Assembly: GCA_030390025.1 (NCBI GenBank)
Contig: CM059432.1
Span: 71,054,001 to 71,118,000 of the forward strand
Origin: Squalus acanthias
Taxonomy: Eukaryota
DNA length: 64,000 bases
Reading direction: 5' to 3'
The translations under genes were made by a program, and so were the position numbers. How positions within the stretch are numbered: the first letter of the stretch is position 1; the number at the start of each line of letters is the position of its first letter. The notes below the pieces were generated by a model. The model searched no databases. It was not told the origin of the DNA and saw only the letters and a list, made by a program, of their open reading frames with translations. Shown here in pieces: positions 49,202-61,444 of the stretch.

Positions 49202-51891
49202 GGGCTCGATTTTGCCATTGGGGTCGGGCGGGCCGTGTCAGGTGGTTTTCGTGTCAGGACCCCGACTCCGATGTGAAGTAGGAAAAAAGTGCGATTTTCC
49301 CCTAATTGGGCACTTGATTTCCAGCGTGTGGGAACCCCTGGCCCAATTAGTCTTTCCATCCTGAAAGTCGCCTCCGATGATGTCATCAGTGCTGCTGGAT
49401 TTAAGGCCTGCAAGCAGCCTTGCTTCTTCTGGAGACTGGAAACGCTTTGGACATTGTATGAAGGACTTCATTTACTGACCATGTCCACCAGCAAGCAAAA
49501 GTGTGCACCTCGCTTTGATGAGCCCTTCCTCCAAGCTCTGGTGCAGGGAGCAAGATCTAATAAGGAGGTGCTCTTCCCTTCCTCAGGGACAAAAAAGCCA
49601 CCACAACAGACTAAAGCTGTGTGGTTGCAAATGGCCCAGGAAGTCAATGCCATCTCTATGTGCCGCAGAACCTGGCTGCAGTGCAGGAAAAGGTTTCATG
49701 ACCTTCTCCGCACAGGAAAAGTGAGTATGACTTTCTCATCACCCTCAATCTCATCCCCATCGCCTCTCCTCGCCAGCACTCTGCTTTGCCAACCTCTTCC
49801 TCCACATCCCACTTGACACTGACATCCCTGCACCCTTACCCATTCCCTCTCTCTCTATGGTCACATTCACTTAACTATTCGACCATGCAGCCCTCACACT
49901 CCCTATCACTGTGACGCAATGACAACAACTTACAACACACAGGGAGGGCCCTTTGTCTCCTTCTAAGCATCTATGCTATGGATTCTCTACACTCAAACTC
50001 CACTTGTGTCCCTCATTGCAGGAAAAGAGAGCCCACAATAAGAGGGAAAGAGCGATGACAGGAGGAGGGCCACCCTCAGTAGCCCAGCTCACCACCTCGG
50101 AGGAGGCGGCCCTGGAAATCGCCGGGATCGAGGAGGATTCCCAAGTGGGGGAACGGACAGGCGGGCACATCACAGCAAGCTGGTGACAGAATAGTTTGGC
50201 ATCTCTCTCATTGACATTGCATGAGTGACTGATAATGATTCTGATGCTCTAACAGATTGACTTATGGTCATCTGCACAATTCAATGTGCATGCAACCTTT
50301 ACCTAACATCTCTAACTCTTTCCTTTACTCCCCCACAGGACCATCGAGAGCCCCCGTCCCTACTGTCCAGGAGGAAGAGCCTGAGCTTCCAGACTCCTCA
50401 GAGGAAGCTGCAACCTCTGAGGGCGCTCCGTCAGCAGAATTAAGCGCAACCTGCACCAGCGCAGACACTCACACCTCAGTGGGACCTTCGTGGCATAGAG
50501 TAGAGTTGTCACCTGGTGTATCACAGCTCACAAGTGAGCATCAGCAGATGGTGGAGACAGGGACAGCAGTGGAGAGTCCTTGTCGCAGCGGAGAGGACGC
50601 TCCCAGCTCGGCTCCGCTGCATGTCGACCCTGTGCCTCCGGGTCCATCCAGAAGGAGAGCGGTGCTGGAACTCCAGGAACAGGTGCAGGAGTCTCTGGCA
50701 GGTTTTGTCTCCAGGGTCGCTGCGAGTGTGGAGCGAATGGAGGAGTCCATCGCTAACATGAGCAGAGCCTTTGTGGAGGTGTTGGCGCATGAACGCATCA
50801 CCACGGAAAGGATGGCAACCTCCTTGGAAAGGATGGCTACCTCCATGGTAAGGCTCGCTACCTCCATGGTAAGGCTGGCTACCGTAGTCACTTGGGTGTA
50901 ATGTTGTGTTTAATTTTGAAAAGCTATCAGTTGCTCATTGTCATAAAAAATTCTGATGGCAAACTGTTGCAGTTGTGGCGTGTGTCATTTCGCTAATGTG
51001 ACTTCCACATTGAGGGCTTAGGGTGACTTGCAATTGTCAGTATGGTGATCAGAGTGATAGGAATCTGCAGGTTCTTGGCCATTGTCGATGGTCTGAAAAG
51101 AAGGTGCGAGGCAAAATTGTTTGATTGTGCAGGCTAAGCAAATCTGGCCAAGATGAGTGCGTCCCTTGCATCCCGGGCAGCAATGTGGTCGAGCGTTGGC
51201 GCCTTCTGGCCTGTGCAGCTTCAGGTGGGTGAGCAGCAGCTTGGCGCTCCTGTTGTTGCTGCTGCTGTTGGTGCTGCTGTTGTTCATGGTTCTGCTGCTG
51301 CCACGGCTGGTCTTCGTCCGAATCTGATGTCCAGGAGGAAAGGAAATAATGGTTCCCATGCTTCTGGTATATGCCTCAGTTGAGGAAGCGCTTAGTCAAG
51401 GTGGGGGAGAGGGGTTTCCCAGGAGGTCACACTGGAGGTGGGTGTCAGGCTCCAAACTTCCACAACAATGAGTAGGCCTGTCTAAAAGCTCCCCCAGACC
51501 TGAGACAACAAAGTTCTGCCACCTGCAAACGATGATTGCTGAAAACTCCTTTTTAATGGTGGAGCTGCAGCTGTTAGTAAGCAGTCCACTTGTGAGGCCG
51601 CCAGGATTCACTGGCGTGTTCCAGAGGAGACGTGCAGGACGTGGAAAAAGTGGGAAAATCAGAAAGGCCTCTCAAAATGGGATTATAGAGGCACTTAACT
51701 GATTGTTAAGGGCCTTAAGGGCCTATCCCGCCTCTTGGAGGCGGGATGGAAATGGGGTCAGAAAACACGCATTTGGGAAAATTGCTCGGAGGCGGGATGG
51801 TGGCGGGATCGGGCCCGCCCGCCATTTTTTGTGATTTTAACACCTCACACGCCTCCAATCCCGCCTCCTCGGGCCTGGCAAAATTGAGCCC
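49202..51891. mobile_element. Myb-only Harbinger element H7, paralog of H5
   Basis: TIR GGGCTCGATTTTGCCA / TGGCAAAATTGAGCCC with TSD ATA; inserted into the 3' tail repeat of the CR1. Confidence 0.93.
49481..50901 (+). pseudogene. Myb/SANT-like gene of H7
   Basis: Exon 1 (49481-49720) is open. Exon 2 (from 50022) has a +1 insertion near 50152. Exon 3 is truncated at about 50887 by a deletion. Confidence 0.85.
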
Positions 51892-54756
51892 ATAGAGTCA
51901 TAATACAGCACAAAAAGAGGCCCTTCGGCCCATCGTGTCTGCACCGGCCATCAAGCCCTATCTATTCTAATTCCATTGGTCCATAGCCTTGTATGCTATG
52001 GCGTTTCAAGTGCTCATCTAAATGCTTCTTGAATGTTGTGAGGGTTCCTGCCTCTACCACCCTTTCAGGCAGTGAGTTCCAGATTCCAGATTCCAACCAC
52101 CCTCTGGGTGAAAATGTTTTTCCTCAAATCCCCTCTAAACCTCCTGCCCCTTCCCTTGAAACTATGCCCCCTGGTTATTGACCCCTCTACTAAGGGGAAA
52201 TGTTCCTTTCTATCTATGCCCCTCATAATTTTGTACACCTCAATCAGGTCCCCCCTCAGCCTTCTCTGCGCTAAGGAAAATAACCCCAGCCTGTCCAGTC
52301 TCTCTTCATAGCTGAAACGCTCCAGCCCAGGTAACATCCTGGTGAATCTCCTCTGCACCCTCTCTAATGCAATCACATCCTTCCTGTAGAGTGGCGACCA
52401 GAACTGCACACAGTATTCCAGCTGTGGCCTAACTAGCATTTTGTACAGCTCCATCATAACCTCCCTGCTCTTATATTCTATGCCTCGGCTAATGAAGGCA
52501 AGTATCCCATATGCCTTCTTAACCACCTTATCTACCTGTGCTGTTGCCTTCAGGGATCTATGTACATGCACACCAAGGTCCCTTTGATCCTCTGTCCTTC
52601 CTAGGATCCTACCATTCATTGTGTATTCCCTTGCCTTGTTAGTCCTCCCAAAATGCATCACCTCACACTTTTCAGGGTTAAATTCCATTTGCCACTGTTC
52701 TGCCCATCTGACCAACCCGTCTATATCGTGCTGTAGCCTGAGGCTTCCCTCCTCGCTATTTAGCACTCCACCAATTTTTGTGTCATCTGTGAACTTATTG
52801 ATCATACCTCCTACATTCATATCTAAATCATTAATGTACACTACAAACATCAAGGGACCCAGCACCGATCCCTGCGGTACACCACTGGACACAGGCTTCC
52901 AGTCACAAAAACAACCTTCGACCATCACCCTCTGCCTCCTGCCACTAAGCCAATTTTGGATCCAATGTGCCAAATTGCCCTGGATCCCATGGGCTCTTAC
53001 CTTCTTGACCAGTTTCCCATGCGGGACTTTGTCAAAAGCCTTACTGAGGTCCATGTAGACTACATCAACTGCACTACCCTCGTCCACACACCTAGTCACC
53101 CCCTCGAAAAATTCAATCAAATTGGTTAGACGTGATCTCCTCCTGACAAAGCCATGCTGACTATTCTTGATTAATCCTTGCCTCTCCAAGTGGAGACTAA
53201 TTCTGTCCCTCAGAATTTTTTCTATTAATTTCCCTACCACTGATGTTAGGCTCATTGGCCTGTAATTCCTTGGTTTATCCCTACTATCCTTCTTGAATAA
53301 TGGTACTACGTTAGCTGTCCTCCAGTCCTCTGGCATCTCCCCTGTTGCGGAGATGCCGGTGTTGGACTGGGGTGGACAAAATTGAGAGGTCGCACAACAC
53401 CAGGTTATAGTCCAACAGTTTTATTTGAAATCACAAGCTTTCGGAACTATCGCTCCTTCCTCAGGTGAAGAAGGAGCGATAGTTCCGAAAGCTTGTGATT
53501 TCAAATAAAACTGTTGGACTATAACCTGGTGTTGTGCGACCTCTCAATTTGATCTCCCCTGTGGCCAGAGAGGTTCTGAAAATTTGTGTCAGAGCCCCTG
53601 CAATCTCCTCCCTTGCCTCACACAGCAGCCTGGGATACATCTTGTCTGGGCCTGGGGATTTATCCACTTTTAAGCCCGCTAAAAAAAACTAGTACCTCCT
53701 CCCTCTCAATGCTAATTTGTTCAAGTATATCGCAATCCCCCTGCCTGATTTCTATGCCTACCTCACCCTTCTCCATAGTGAACACAGATGCAAAATATTC
53801 ATTTAAAACCTCACCTACATCTTTCGGCTCTACACACAGATTGCCACTTTGGTCCCTAATGGGCCCTACTCTTTCCCTGGTTATCCTCTTGCCCTTAATA
53901 TACTTATAAAACACCTTGGGGTTTTCCTTTATTTTGCCCGCCAGTGTTTTTTCATGCCCCCTCTTCGCTCTCCTAATTTATTTTTTAAGTACCCCCCTGC
54001 ACTTTCTATACTCCTCTGGGGCTTGCACTATTTTTAGTCCTTTGTATCTGCCAAAAGCCTCCCTTTTTTTCCTAATCCATTCCTGTATATCCCTTGACAT
54101 CCAGGGTTCCCTGGACTTGTTGGTCCCACCCTTGACCTTTACGGGAAAATGTTGGCGCTGTACTCTCTCTATTTCCTTTCTGAATGACTCCCACTGCTCT
54201 GATGTGGATTTTCCTACAAGTAGCTGATCCCAGTCCACGTTGGCCAGATCCTGCCTTATCATATTAAAATCGGCCTTCCCCCAATTTAGAACCTTTATTT
54301 CCGGTCCATCTTTGTCCTTTTCCATGACTACCTTAAATCTCATCGAATTATGGTCACTGTCAGCAAAATGCTCTCCTACTGACACATCTACCACTTGCCC
54401 GGCTACATTCCCTAGAATTAGGTCCAGTACCGCCCCCTCTCTTGTAGGACTTTCTACATGCAGGCTCAAAAAGTTCTCCTGGATGCACTTTAAGAATTCC
54501 GCACACTCTAAGCCTTTCACACTCTGACTATCCCAGTTAATATTGGGGAAGTTGAAATCCCCTACTATTATTATCCTATTATTTCTACACTTCTCTGAGA
54601 TTTGCCTACATATCTGTTCTTCTATCTCCCCCTGACTGTTTGGGGGGCTATAGTACAAAGTGCTTGCCCCCTTTTTGTTTTTAAGTTCTACCCATATGGC
54701 CTCATTAGAGGAACCTGCTAAGATATCATCCCTCCTTACAGCAGTAATTGACTCAT
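51892..54756 (-). mobile_element. CR1 LINE, about 2.7 kb of ORF2 (partial endonuclease plus RT)
   Basis: IVGDFNFPNINW, KSPGPD, NYRPMSLTS, GVPQGSVLGP and FTDDTK; ORF 52065-53336 is 423 aa. Confidence 0.95.
53346..53551. mobile_element. Penelope (P1) inverted terminal-repeat insertion with a hammerhead on - (53431-53468)
   Basis: Perfect 81-bp arms at 53379-53459 and 53470-53550; 11-bp TSD ATCTCCCCTGT (53335 and 53552). Confidence 0.9.
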
Positions 54757-56419
54757 GGCTAATAGTTGTCCGCCATATGTATTCAAATCTGCATCTCTTG
54801 GACTTAGGGGAGCGGCGATGAGGGCCATACCAGAGAACAGCCAGGGTGAGAGAGAATAATGGTTTTAATGGTGACCAGGGCATCCAAGGTGGAGCTGAAG
54901 GTATGGTTGAGCAGATCGGTAGCTGCAGAAATATTGTGGTGAATGGAGGGCCAAAGGCAGTTGTAAGTAAATTGGGACAGAGTTTTTTTCCAGGGGTGGA
55001 CACAGAAGGAAGTAGGGTTGGGAGGGGAAAGGGGGATGTGTGTGGCGAGTGATACAAGGAAGTGATCAGAGATGGCTTTATCTGTGATTGGCATGATGGG
55101 AGTAACAAGGCCACATGAGATGGCAAGGTCAAGGGTTGGCTGTGAATATGGGTAGGGGAGTTTATATGGAGGGAGAGATTAAGGGAGGATAGGAAGGCAG
55201 TAAACTCAGAGGAGAGAAAGCATGATGAATTGAGATGGAGGTTGAAATCACCGAGGATGAGAAGTCGCTTGGTGCAAAGGTCAAGGGAGGAAAGCAGTGA
55301 AGATATCTCGGTGAGAAATTTTTTATGGTACTCGGGTGGGAGGAAGAGAATGATAATTTTAAATGAGAGGCGAGAGGGGTGGAACAAGGTGAGATGCTCA
55401 AAGGAGGAGAAGATGCCAGAGGAGTAGGGAGACAGACCAAGGTGTGATTTGGTGATAAGAGCAACACCGCCACTGCAACGGTCTGGGCGGGCCAAGTGGT
55501 GGAAGGTATAGCCAAGCGGGGAGGTTTCATTTAGGGCGAAGGTGTCATCACCCCTCAGCCAGGTTTCCATCAAGGCCATGATTTCGATGCAATCATCCAC
55601 ATAATGCTCATAGATGGCAAGTCCTTGTTAACAAGTGAATGGACATTCTGGAAGGAGATGTAGAGAGGGGTGGTGATAGCTGATCCACTAGCAGAGTCCA
55701 CAGGGTCAGCAGGTACTGGTAGAAAGAAAATTGCAAAGTTGTAAAAAAGCTTGTTGTTCATAGCTACTGCCTGGTGTGCATGACTGAAGTAGCCCTTGCA
55801 ATTATCACTGAGATATTACATTATGCATGAACCATTTGGCAGTCTTTGAAACTCAAGAAATATGAGGAAAAAATAGAATAAAAAGGGAACAAGAAAAAAT
55901 ATTTTTTGAAGCTTATGAACAGAGATATGTGAGGGGAGCTTTTTGTCTGTAAGTGCCCACCTGAGCTGTGCTGCCCACATTTTCCCTCCCCTGGGCTATT
56001 TGCGTGGCATTGGGGAACTGTAGGCACAAGCCAATCCCGTGGTCGGCCTGTGCGTCTAAACATCAGGCAGAAAATTCCAGTGCAGCTGCAGGCCTCTCAG
56101 GCCCGGTGCCATACTAGAGGCTTCTGTGATTGGGGCCTTCAGGCTGCTACTGGATACTTGCAGCCAGATGGGCCAGAGTGCCTCAAAACATATTTTGGGG
56201 TTCTAGTAATAAAAGCTGTACCTCTTTGGATGATCTTCAGCCTGCCCAGGGACGCCCTGAAGCCCTTCAGACAGTGGGGGCTGGGAACAGGCCGCAGCAT
56301 CAGCAGGGTGCCCCTGCACTGGGGCAGCTTTTGAATATATCCATTGGAGAATGAGTTGGAAGGCAGCAAACTAACCACCGCTCCCCCTAACCCCCCACCC
56401 CCCACACGCACCCTTCCTG

Positions 56420-56897
56420 CTTCACCTGGGATGAGAGGGCTGTCCTATGAGGAGAGATTGAGTAGATTGAGCCTATACTCTCTGGAGTTTAGAAGAATGA
56501 GAGGTGATCTCATTGAAACATACAAGATTCTGAAGGGGATTGACAGGGTAGATGCTGAGAGGTTGTTTCCCCTGGCTGGAGAGTCTAGAACTAGGGGGCA
56601 TAGTCTCAGGATAAGGGGTAGGCCATTTAAGAGATGGGGAGGAATTTCTTCACTCAGAGGGTTGTGAATCTTTGGAAATCTCTGCCCCAGAGGGCTGTGA
56701 TGCTGAGTCTTTGAGTATATTCAAGGCTGAGACAGATAGATTTTTGGATCGAAGGGAATCAAGGGATATGGAGATCGGGCGGGAAAGTGGAGTTGAGGTC
56801 TAAGATCAGCCATGATCTTATTGAATGGCGGAGCAGGCTCGAGAGGCCGTCTGGCCTACTCCTGCTCCTATTTCTTATGTTCTTTCTTATGTTCTTA
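56420..56897 (+). mobile_element. CR1 3' fragment
   Basis: PGMRGLSYEERLSRL...ESRTRGH followed by a TTCTTATG tail. Confidence 0.92.
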
Positions 56898-57139
56898 TTA
56901 GAATAGCTACACTGGGCCTGCACTTATTACACATGAAGGTCCAGTTTCACCTCATGCAGAAGCCCCAGGTAATCCTGAGGCAGCGCAATGGGACCAACTT
57001 GCAAGGCACAGGACATAGGAAAATCTACCCTATGTATTTTGTTGAAAGATAAATTAGCAATGGCCCAAAAGGATATAAAATTGGCAAACAGTTGTAAAGA
57101 CAATAAAAAATCTCAACAATTTTGTTTCTTTTTCAAAGC

Positions 57140-58587
57140 GTGTACATTTAGGGAGAGGTGAAGGAGCAAGTGATTGTTTTGTGCACCATTCCACGGACAA
57201 CGGGACAATGCTGCAAAAAATGTAATGATTTGATGCGATCTGCCAAGGTTTGTACAGTTATTAGAAATGTCAACTGTAACATTTGTTTAAATTTAACTGA
57301 ACTATTTAAAAAAATGTCTTATATGCATGGATGTTCTGAAGTGACTTCATTACCCAGGCATCTGAGCTTGTCATAAAATTTTATGGCTTTGGGGTTAGCT
57401 CCGGATCATCCATTGTCCTCTTATCTTTACTCCACAGCTTTGAGTTCTGAAATTTCAAGTAGTGAAAAAAACCCTGTCTCCAAAGCAGCATGTGGTCCTG
57501 TCTCAAAGGCAGGTGGGTGGCCTCTGCAGAAAAAACTGCAGTTTCATGACGTTTCATATTTTCTGTTTTCATTTTAGAGTAAAATTGTTAACAACGCCAG
57601 AGAACATGACAGGCAGTGGTGTTGTCACGCTAAGGGAGTTATCGGAGCAAGAGGAAAGGGTCGCGCACTTGCTTGGAATCAGTAGTGGCTGTTCAGTGCC
57701 TGCTGCCCAATCAGACATTAGGGTAAGGAAAGGTGAGTTGGTCTGCCCAGCTATATGTTTAAAACTGTCAGGTTTGTGTTGAATATCAGCTTCTGTGATG
57801 TGGCAAATCATGCTTCACCTTTGTAAATGTTTACTGTTCCCTTCCCACAGGTGGACAGCTTCCTTCTCACACACGGGATGAACAGTGTGTTGAGTCTGCG
57901 GCCGCAGAGGGCATTGGGGAAGGGGTTACAGATGCAGTGGGAGCAGTAGGTGAGATGGAGGAGGAGGATGAATTTGCTCTGTGTCAGCTAGTGGAAGGGG
58001 AGGGTATGGACCCTGGGTGGCTGCACAGCATCTCTCCATCTCCTGCCCCCTCTGGCTCTGTGCCAGGCACAGATGACTGTCGTTCCACAGCCAGACACCA
58101 ACCTGATACTGCAGAGCAGGTGGGAGAAGCAGCAAGACGTTCAATGCAATGGAATGACATAGAAGCTCAGGTGCAACAGATTGAAGGGTTGAGGCAAGAG
58201 ATGTGTACTCTTCATGGGAAGAAAGTTGACTCTCTTGCCTCTATCGGACAGGCAATTAATGATGTTACTATGGCGCTTGGTCAGATAAACAAATCTCTTG
58301 TTCAACTCTTGCAGTTGCTTAAAACAGTTTCTGCTGCCATTACTTTGACTCCCGCAGAACCGCCCTTGCCTGCTCCCAGCGCAGACACAGTGCAGGCCCA
58401 CGAGACAGCAGCTCCACCAATTCTGATGCAAGCAAACGCTGCCTTTCAGCAGCAGCGGCAGCAGCAGCAGCAGCAGCAACCCTGTCACGAGGCAATTGCT
58501 GAAGGGCAAGAGATGGCACACAGGGGCCTTTCAATTGGCAGCAGAGGGCTCTGGTCACGGGGAAGGGGAAAGCGCAGGAGACAGTAG
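57140..58587 (+). pseudogene. Myb/SANT-like gene of a divergent Harbinger H8
   Basis: RTTGQCCKKCNDLMRSAK|GT at about 57248. Exon 2 spans about 57578-57732 (MTGSG...LSEQEERV). Exon 3 spans 57851-58587 with a coiled-coil and Q-rich tail. Confidence 0.7.
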
Positions 58588-59042
58588 GGTGTCACCTTTT
58601 GCACAATCCACCTCCTTTGACCCTCAGGCACAGATGCGAGGGGGCAAATCGTTCAATTCTTTAATATTTCGTTTTATTTAAATGTTAAATGTTGTTGTTG
58701 CTTTTTTTATTTAAATATATATTTGTGACTGAAAGTGTATGTAACCGTTTCGTTTAAAAAGTACAGCCTCTAATCACTTTGAAAAATATGTCAACTTTTT
58801 TATTTGCAACTGTTTGAAAATTAGAAAATAGCTAGTTTCCATCTTGAATGTCTTTATTGCACTAAGACACCAAAAAAGTCACTTTAAACTGTTTACAAAT
58901 TTTATTCAAAAAAATTATCTTTGCAAATGTTTGCAAAGTCAAAAATAGCTAGTTAACATTTAAAAGTTAAAAACTAAGAACATCACAACTGAACCTCAAA
59001 AGTCTTTGATGCTGCAATAAAAGTTCACTGTTTCACTTTAAA

Positions 59043-59934
59043 AACACCTTGCTAAGGCCATCCCCACACCTCCACTACTCGCCTTCAAGCAGCCGCCTAA
59101 CCTCAAAAGTACCATCGTTCGCAGCAAATTACCCAACTGTCAGGAGAACAGCGACCACGACACCACACAACCCTGCCACGGCAACCTCTGCAAGACATGC
59201 CAGATCATGAACACAGATACCGTCATCACACGTGAGGACACTACCCACCAGGTACATGGTACATACTCATGTGACTCGGCCAACGTTGTCTACCTGATAC
59301 GTTGCAGGAAAGGATGCCCCAGAGCATGGTACATCGGCGAGACCATGCAGACACTGAGACAACGTATGAACGGACACCGCGGAACAATTGCCAGGCAGGA
59401 TTGTTGCCTCCCAGTCGGGGAACACTTCAGCAGTCAAGGGCATTCAGTCTTGGATCTGCGGGTTAGCGTTCTCCAAGGCGGCCTTCGAGACACACGACAA
59501 CGCAAAATCATCGAGCAGAAACTGATAGCCAAGTTCCGCACTCATGAGGACGGCCTCAATAGGGATATCGGGTTCATGTCATGCTACAGAACGTGACTTG
59601 ACATCGTTGTCTGTCTTTCCAGTTTTTAAAAAACAAACCCAAAAAAAACACTGCAGACAGCAGGTTTTGACACGTTGGACCCCCTGGGACACATCTCATT
59701 GTCTTGGCTGTGCTCTTGGTGTGTCTTTGATGTAAGGAAAGATTGTATCTCTGCAGTTTCTGTGTTTATATTCTGTGAACTTTTGTAGATTCACTCATTG
59801 TAACTTTACCTGAAGAAGGGGCGATAGCTCCGAAAGCTTGTAATTTTAAATAAATCTGTTGGACTATAACCTGGTGTTGTGCGACTTCTCATTTTTGCCC
59901 ACCCCAGTCCAACGCCGGCATCTCCGCATCATGA
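59043..59934 (+). mobile_element. Penelope-like retroelement, 5'-truncated: GIY-YIG endonuclease plus terminal repeat
   Basis: CKTC...NVVYLIRC..C...YIGET...RMNGHR...GEHF...E...GLN (ORF 59207-59596); TSD TCACTTTAAA (59033 and 59935). Confidence 0.92.
59806..59843 (+). ncRNA. Minimal type I hammerhead ribozyme
   Basis: TTAC-CTGAAGA-A-GGGGC-GATA-GCTCC-GAAAGCTT-GTAA. Confidence 0.75.
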
Positions 59935-60016
59935 TCACTTTAAATTGTGTGTGTTCCTTTCTTTGCCTTGCTGGGGGAGGGGGAGGGGGAGGGAGAGGGA
60001 AAAGACGAGACTATCA

Positions 60017-60507
60017 TCACCTCGTGAAGGTATTGGCCAGTCGCAGTTCCCGAGCAGCCTTGCTTTCGGCAGCACTTGACTCCTCCGTGTCAGGCCTGGC
60101 CTCAGGCACATTGGCATCGTCCATGTCCTCCATTTCAGCATTGAACTCCTCTGCAGTGTTCAGGGTCAGTCCTTCCTGCAGGGCAAAGTTATGCAAAGCA
60201 CAACAGGCCACCACAATCCTTGACACTTTCAGAGGAGAAATGTCACCGGTGCCTGCCTGAAATGACCCTTAAACATGTCACATAGTCGGCCAATTGCCTC
60301 TTTAATGAAGCGCAGCCTCCTCATACACAGCTCCTCCGACAGCATCTCAAATGACAGCCTCCCCCTGTACACTCTCTGGGGTGGGTAGTAGTTCCTCCTG
60401 ATCAGGAGACGGTGCTGGTTCCTCAGTCTTCTTTGTTGTTCCCTGGCATTTTCGATTCTATGATCCACAATCGCACCGAGGATCAGGGCAACATCGTCAA
60501 AGGGCAT
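60017..60507 (-). pseudogene. Harbinger transposase of H8, central DDE region deleted
   Basis: The N-terminus RRNYYPPQRVYR...RRLRF...LCDM is joined at about 60240 directly to VSRIVVACCALHN plus an acidic tail. Confidence 0.8.
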
Positions 60508-61444
60508 GTTTCTCCCTCACAGGCTTCCTCTTTAAACAGATGAAGTACTTGTAAGGAAAAAATGGGAAGAGTTGTAAAAGTAATTTTAATAAAGTGAGTG
60601 GCTAGAAATTCACGTCGGGCTATGGTGGGAAACGTGCGGTATTGGATCGGGCACACGTCATACCCACCTGATGAATATCACGGCCCGAGAGGATTTTAAA
60701 GGGCATAGAAAAGTTAACATATAACTAATTCATTTATTCTGGCATAATTATTTAAAACATTAGGAAATGCTAAATAATTCATTTTTAAACAAGTCAGTTT
60801 TACATTTAAAAAAATGAAATCTAATTCAATAGAATGCTTACCTTGCACACAACGAGAGTTGCTCTTTAAATTAACTACACTCCTCAAAACAAGATTCAAA
60901 ACCAATAAAGTTTTTAACAAATTAAAGTTGTTAAAAACTTACCTCAGGCTTTCTACAAAGAACTTTGCTCACTTTCACAGTTAAAAATGTTCCGTTTCCA
61001 AGCCCCCTGCTGAAAAAAGTCTTCTTCCTGCAGCTTCTTTTGGTAGAATGCAGGCTGCACACCTGCTTTTACTAGTCGCAGCTGTTTCGGACGTACCTGA
61101 ACTCAAGCAGTTGAGAAATCATCGGAAATATGAGCCGGTAGGGCTGCCTTTCCTGCACATGCGGCTGATCTGTCAAGAGCATTCTTGACAGATTGGAAAT
61201 ACTGGTTTTCAGCGCATGCGCTTTGCATGCCTGAAAGAGGCATTTCTGATGTCCCTATGGGTGTGTACACAGCCCATACACACCCGTAGGCATCGGAAAG
61301 TACAGCCCCATGTGAACAGTCTTTGCATCGTTTTTTGGGGTTTCGTGGCTTTTCTGTTGAAGATATAATAGACAAACAGGAGAACCCCAGCAGAAATTCA
61401 TCCTTTATATATCCATTCTGCTATTTACTGGCTACCTAATATAA

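Larger units (their letters stand above)
45385..55715 (-). mobile_element. L2 LINE split into three pieces: 45385-46199, 48016-49190, about 54757-55715
   Basis: Endonuclease motifs ETWL...GGVA...LGDFNLH are at 55600-55240 and the RT region is at 48060-48850. The L2 3' tail GGCGCTATACAAATACAAGTTG(TTG)n is at about 45385-45422. The pieces rejoin across the insertions. Confidence 0.88.

Noticed and set aside
51018..51359. Novel 113-aa/88-aa protein shared by H5 and H7
   Set aside because: It is an alternative frame of the deleted transposase remnant and its 3' UTR, and the upstream ATG is not shared with H5 (29295-29561).
60600..61400. Defined MITE or right end of H8
   Set aside because: A TIR-like start (TGGCTAGAAATTC) and an M2-like interior are visible, but I could not identify a matching opposite TIR or TSD.
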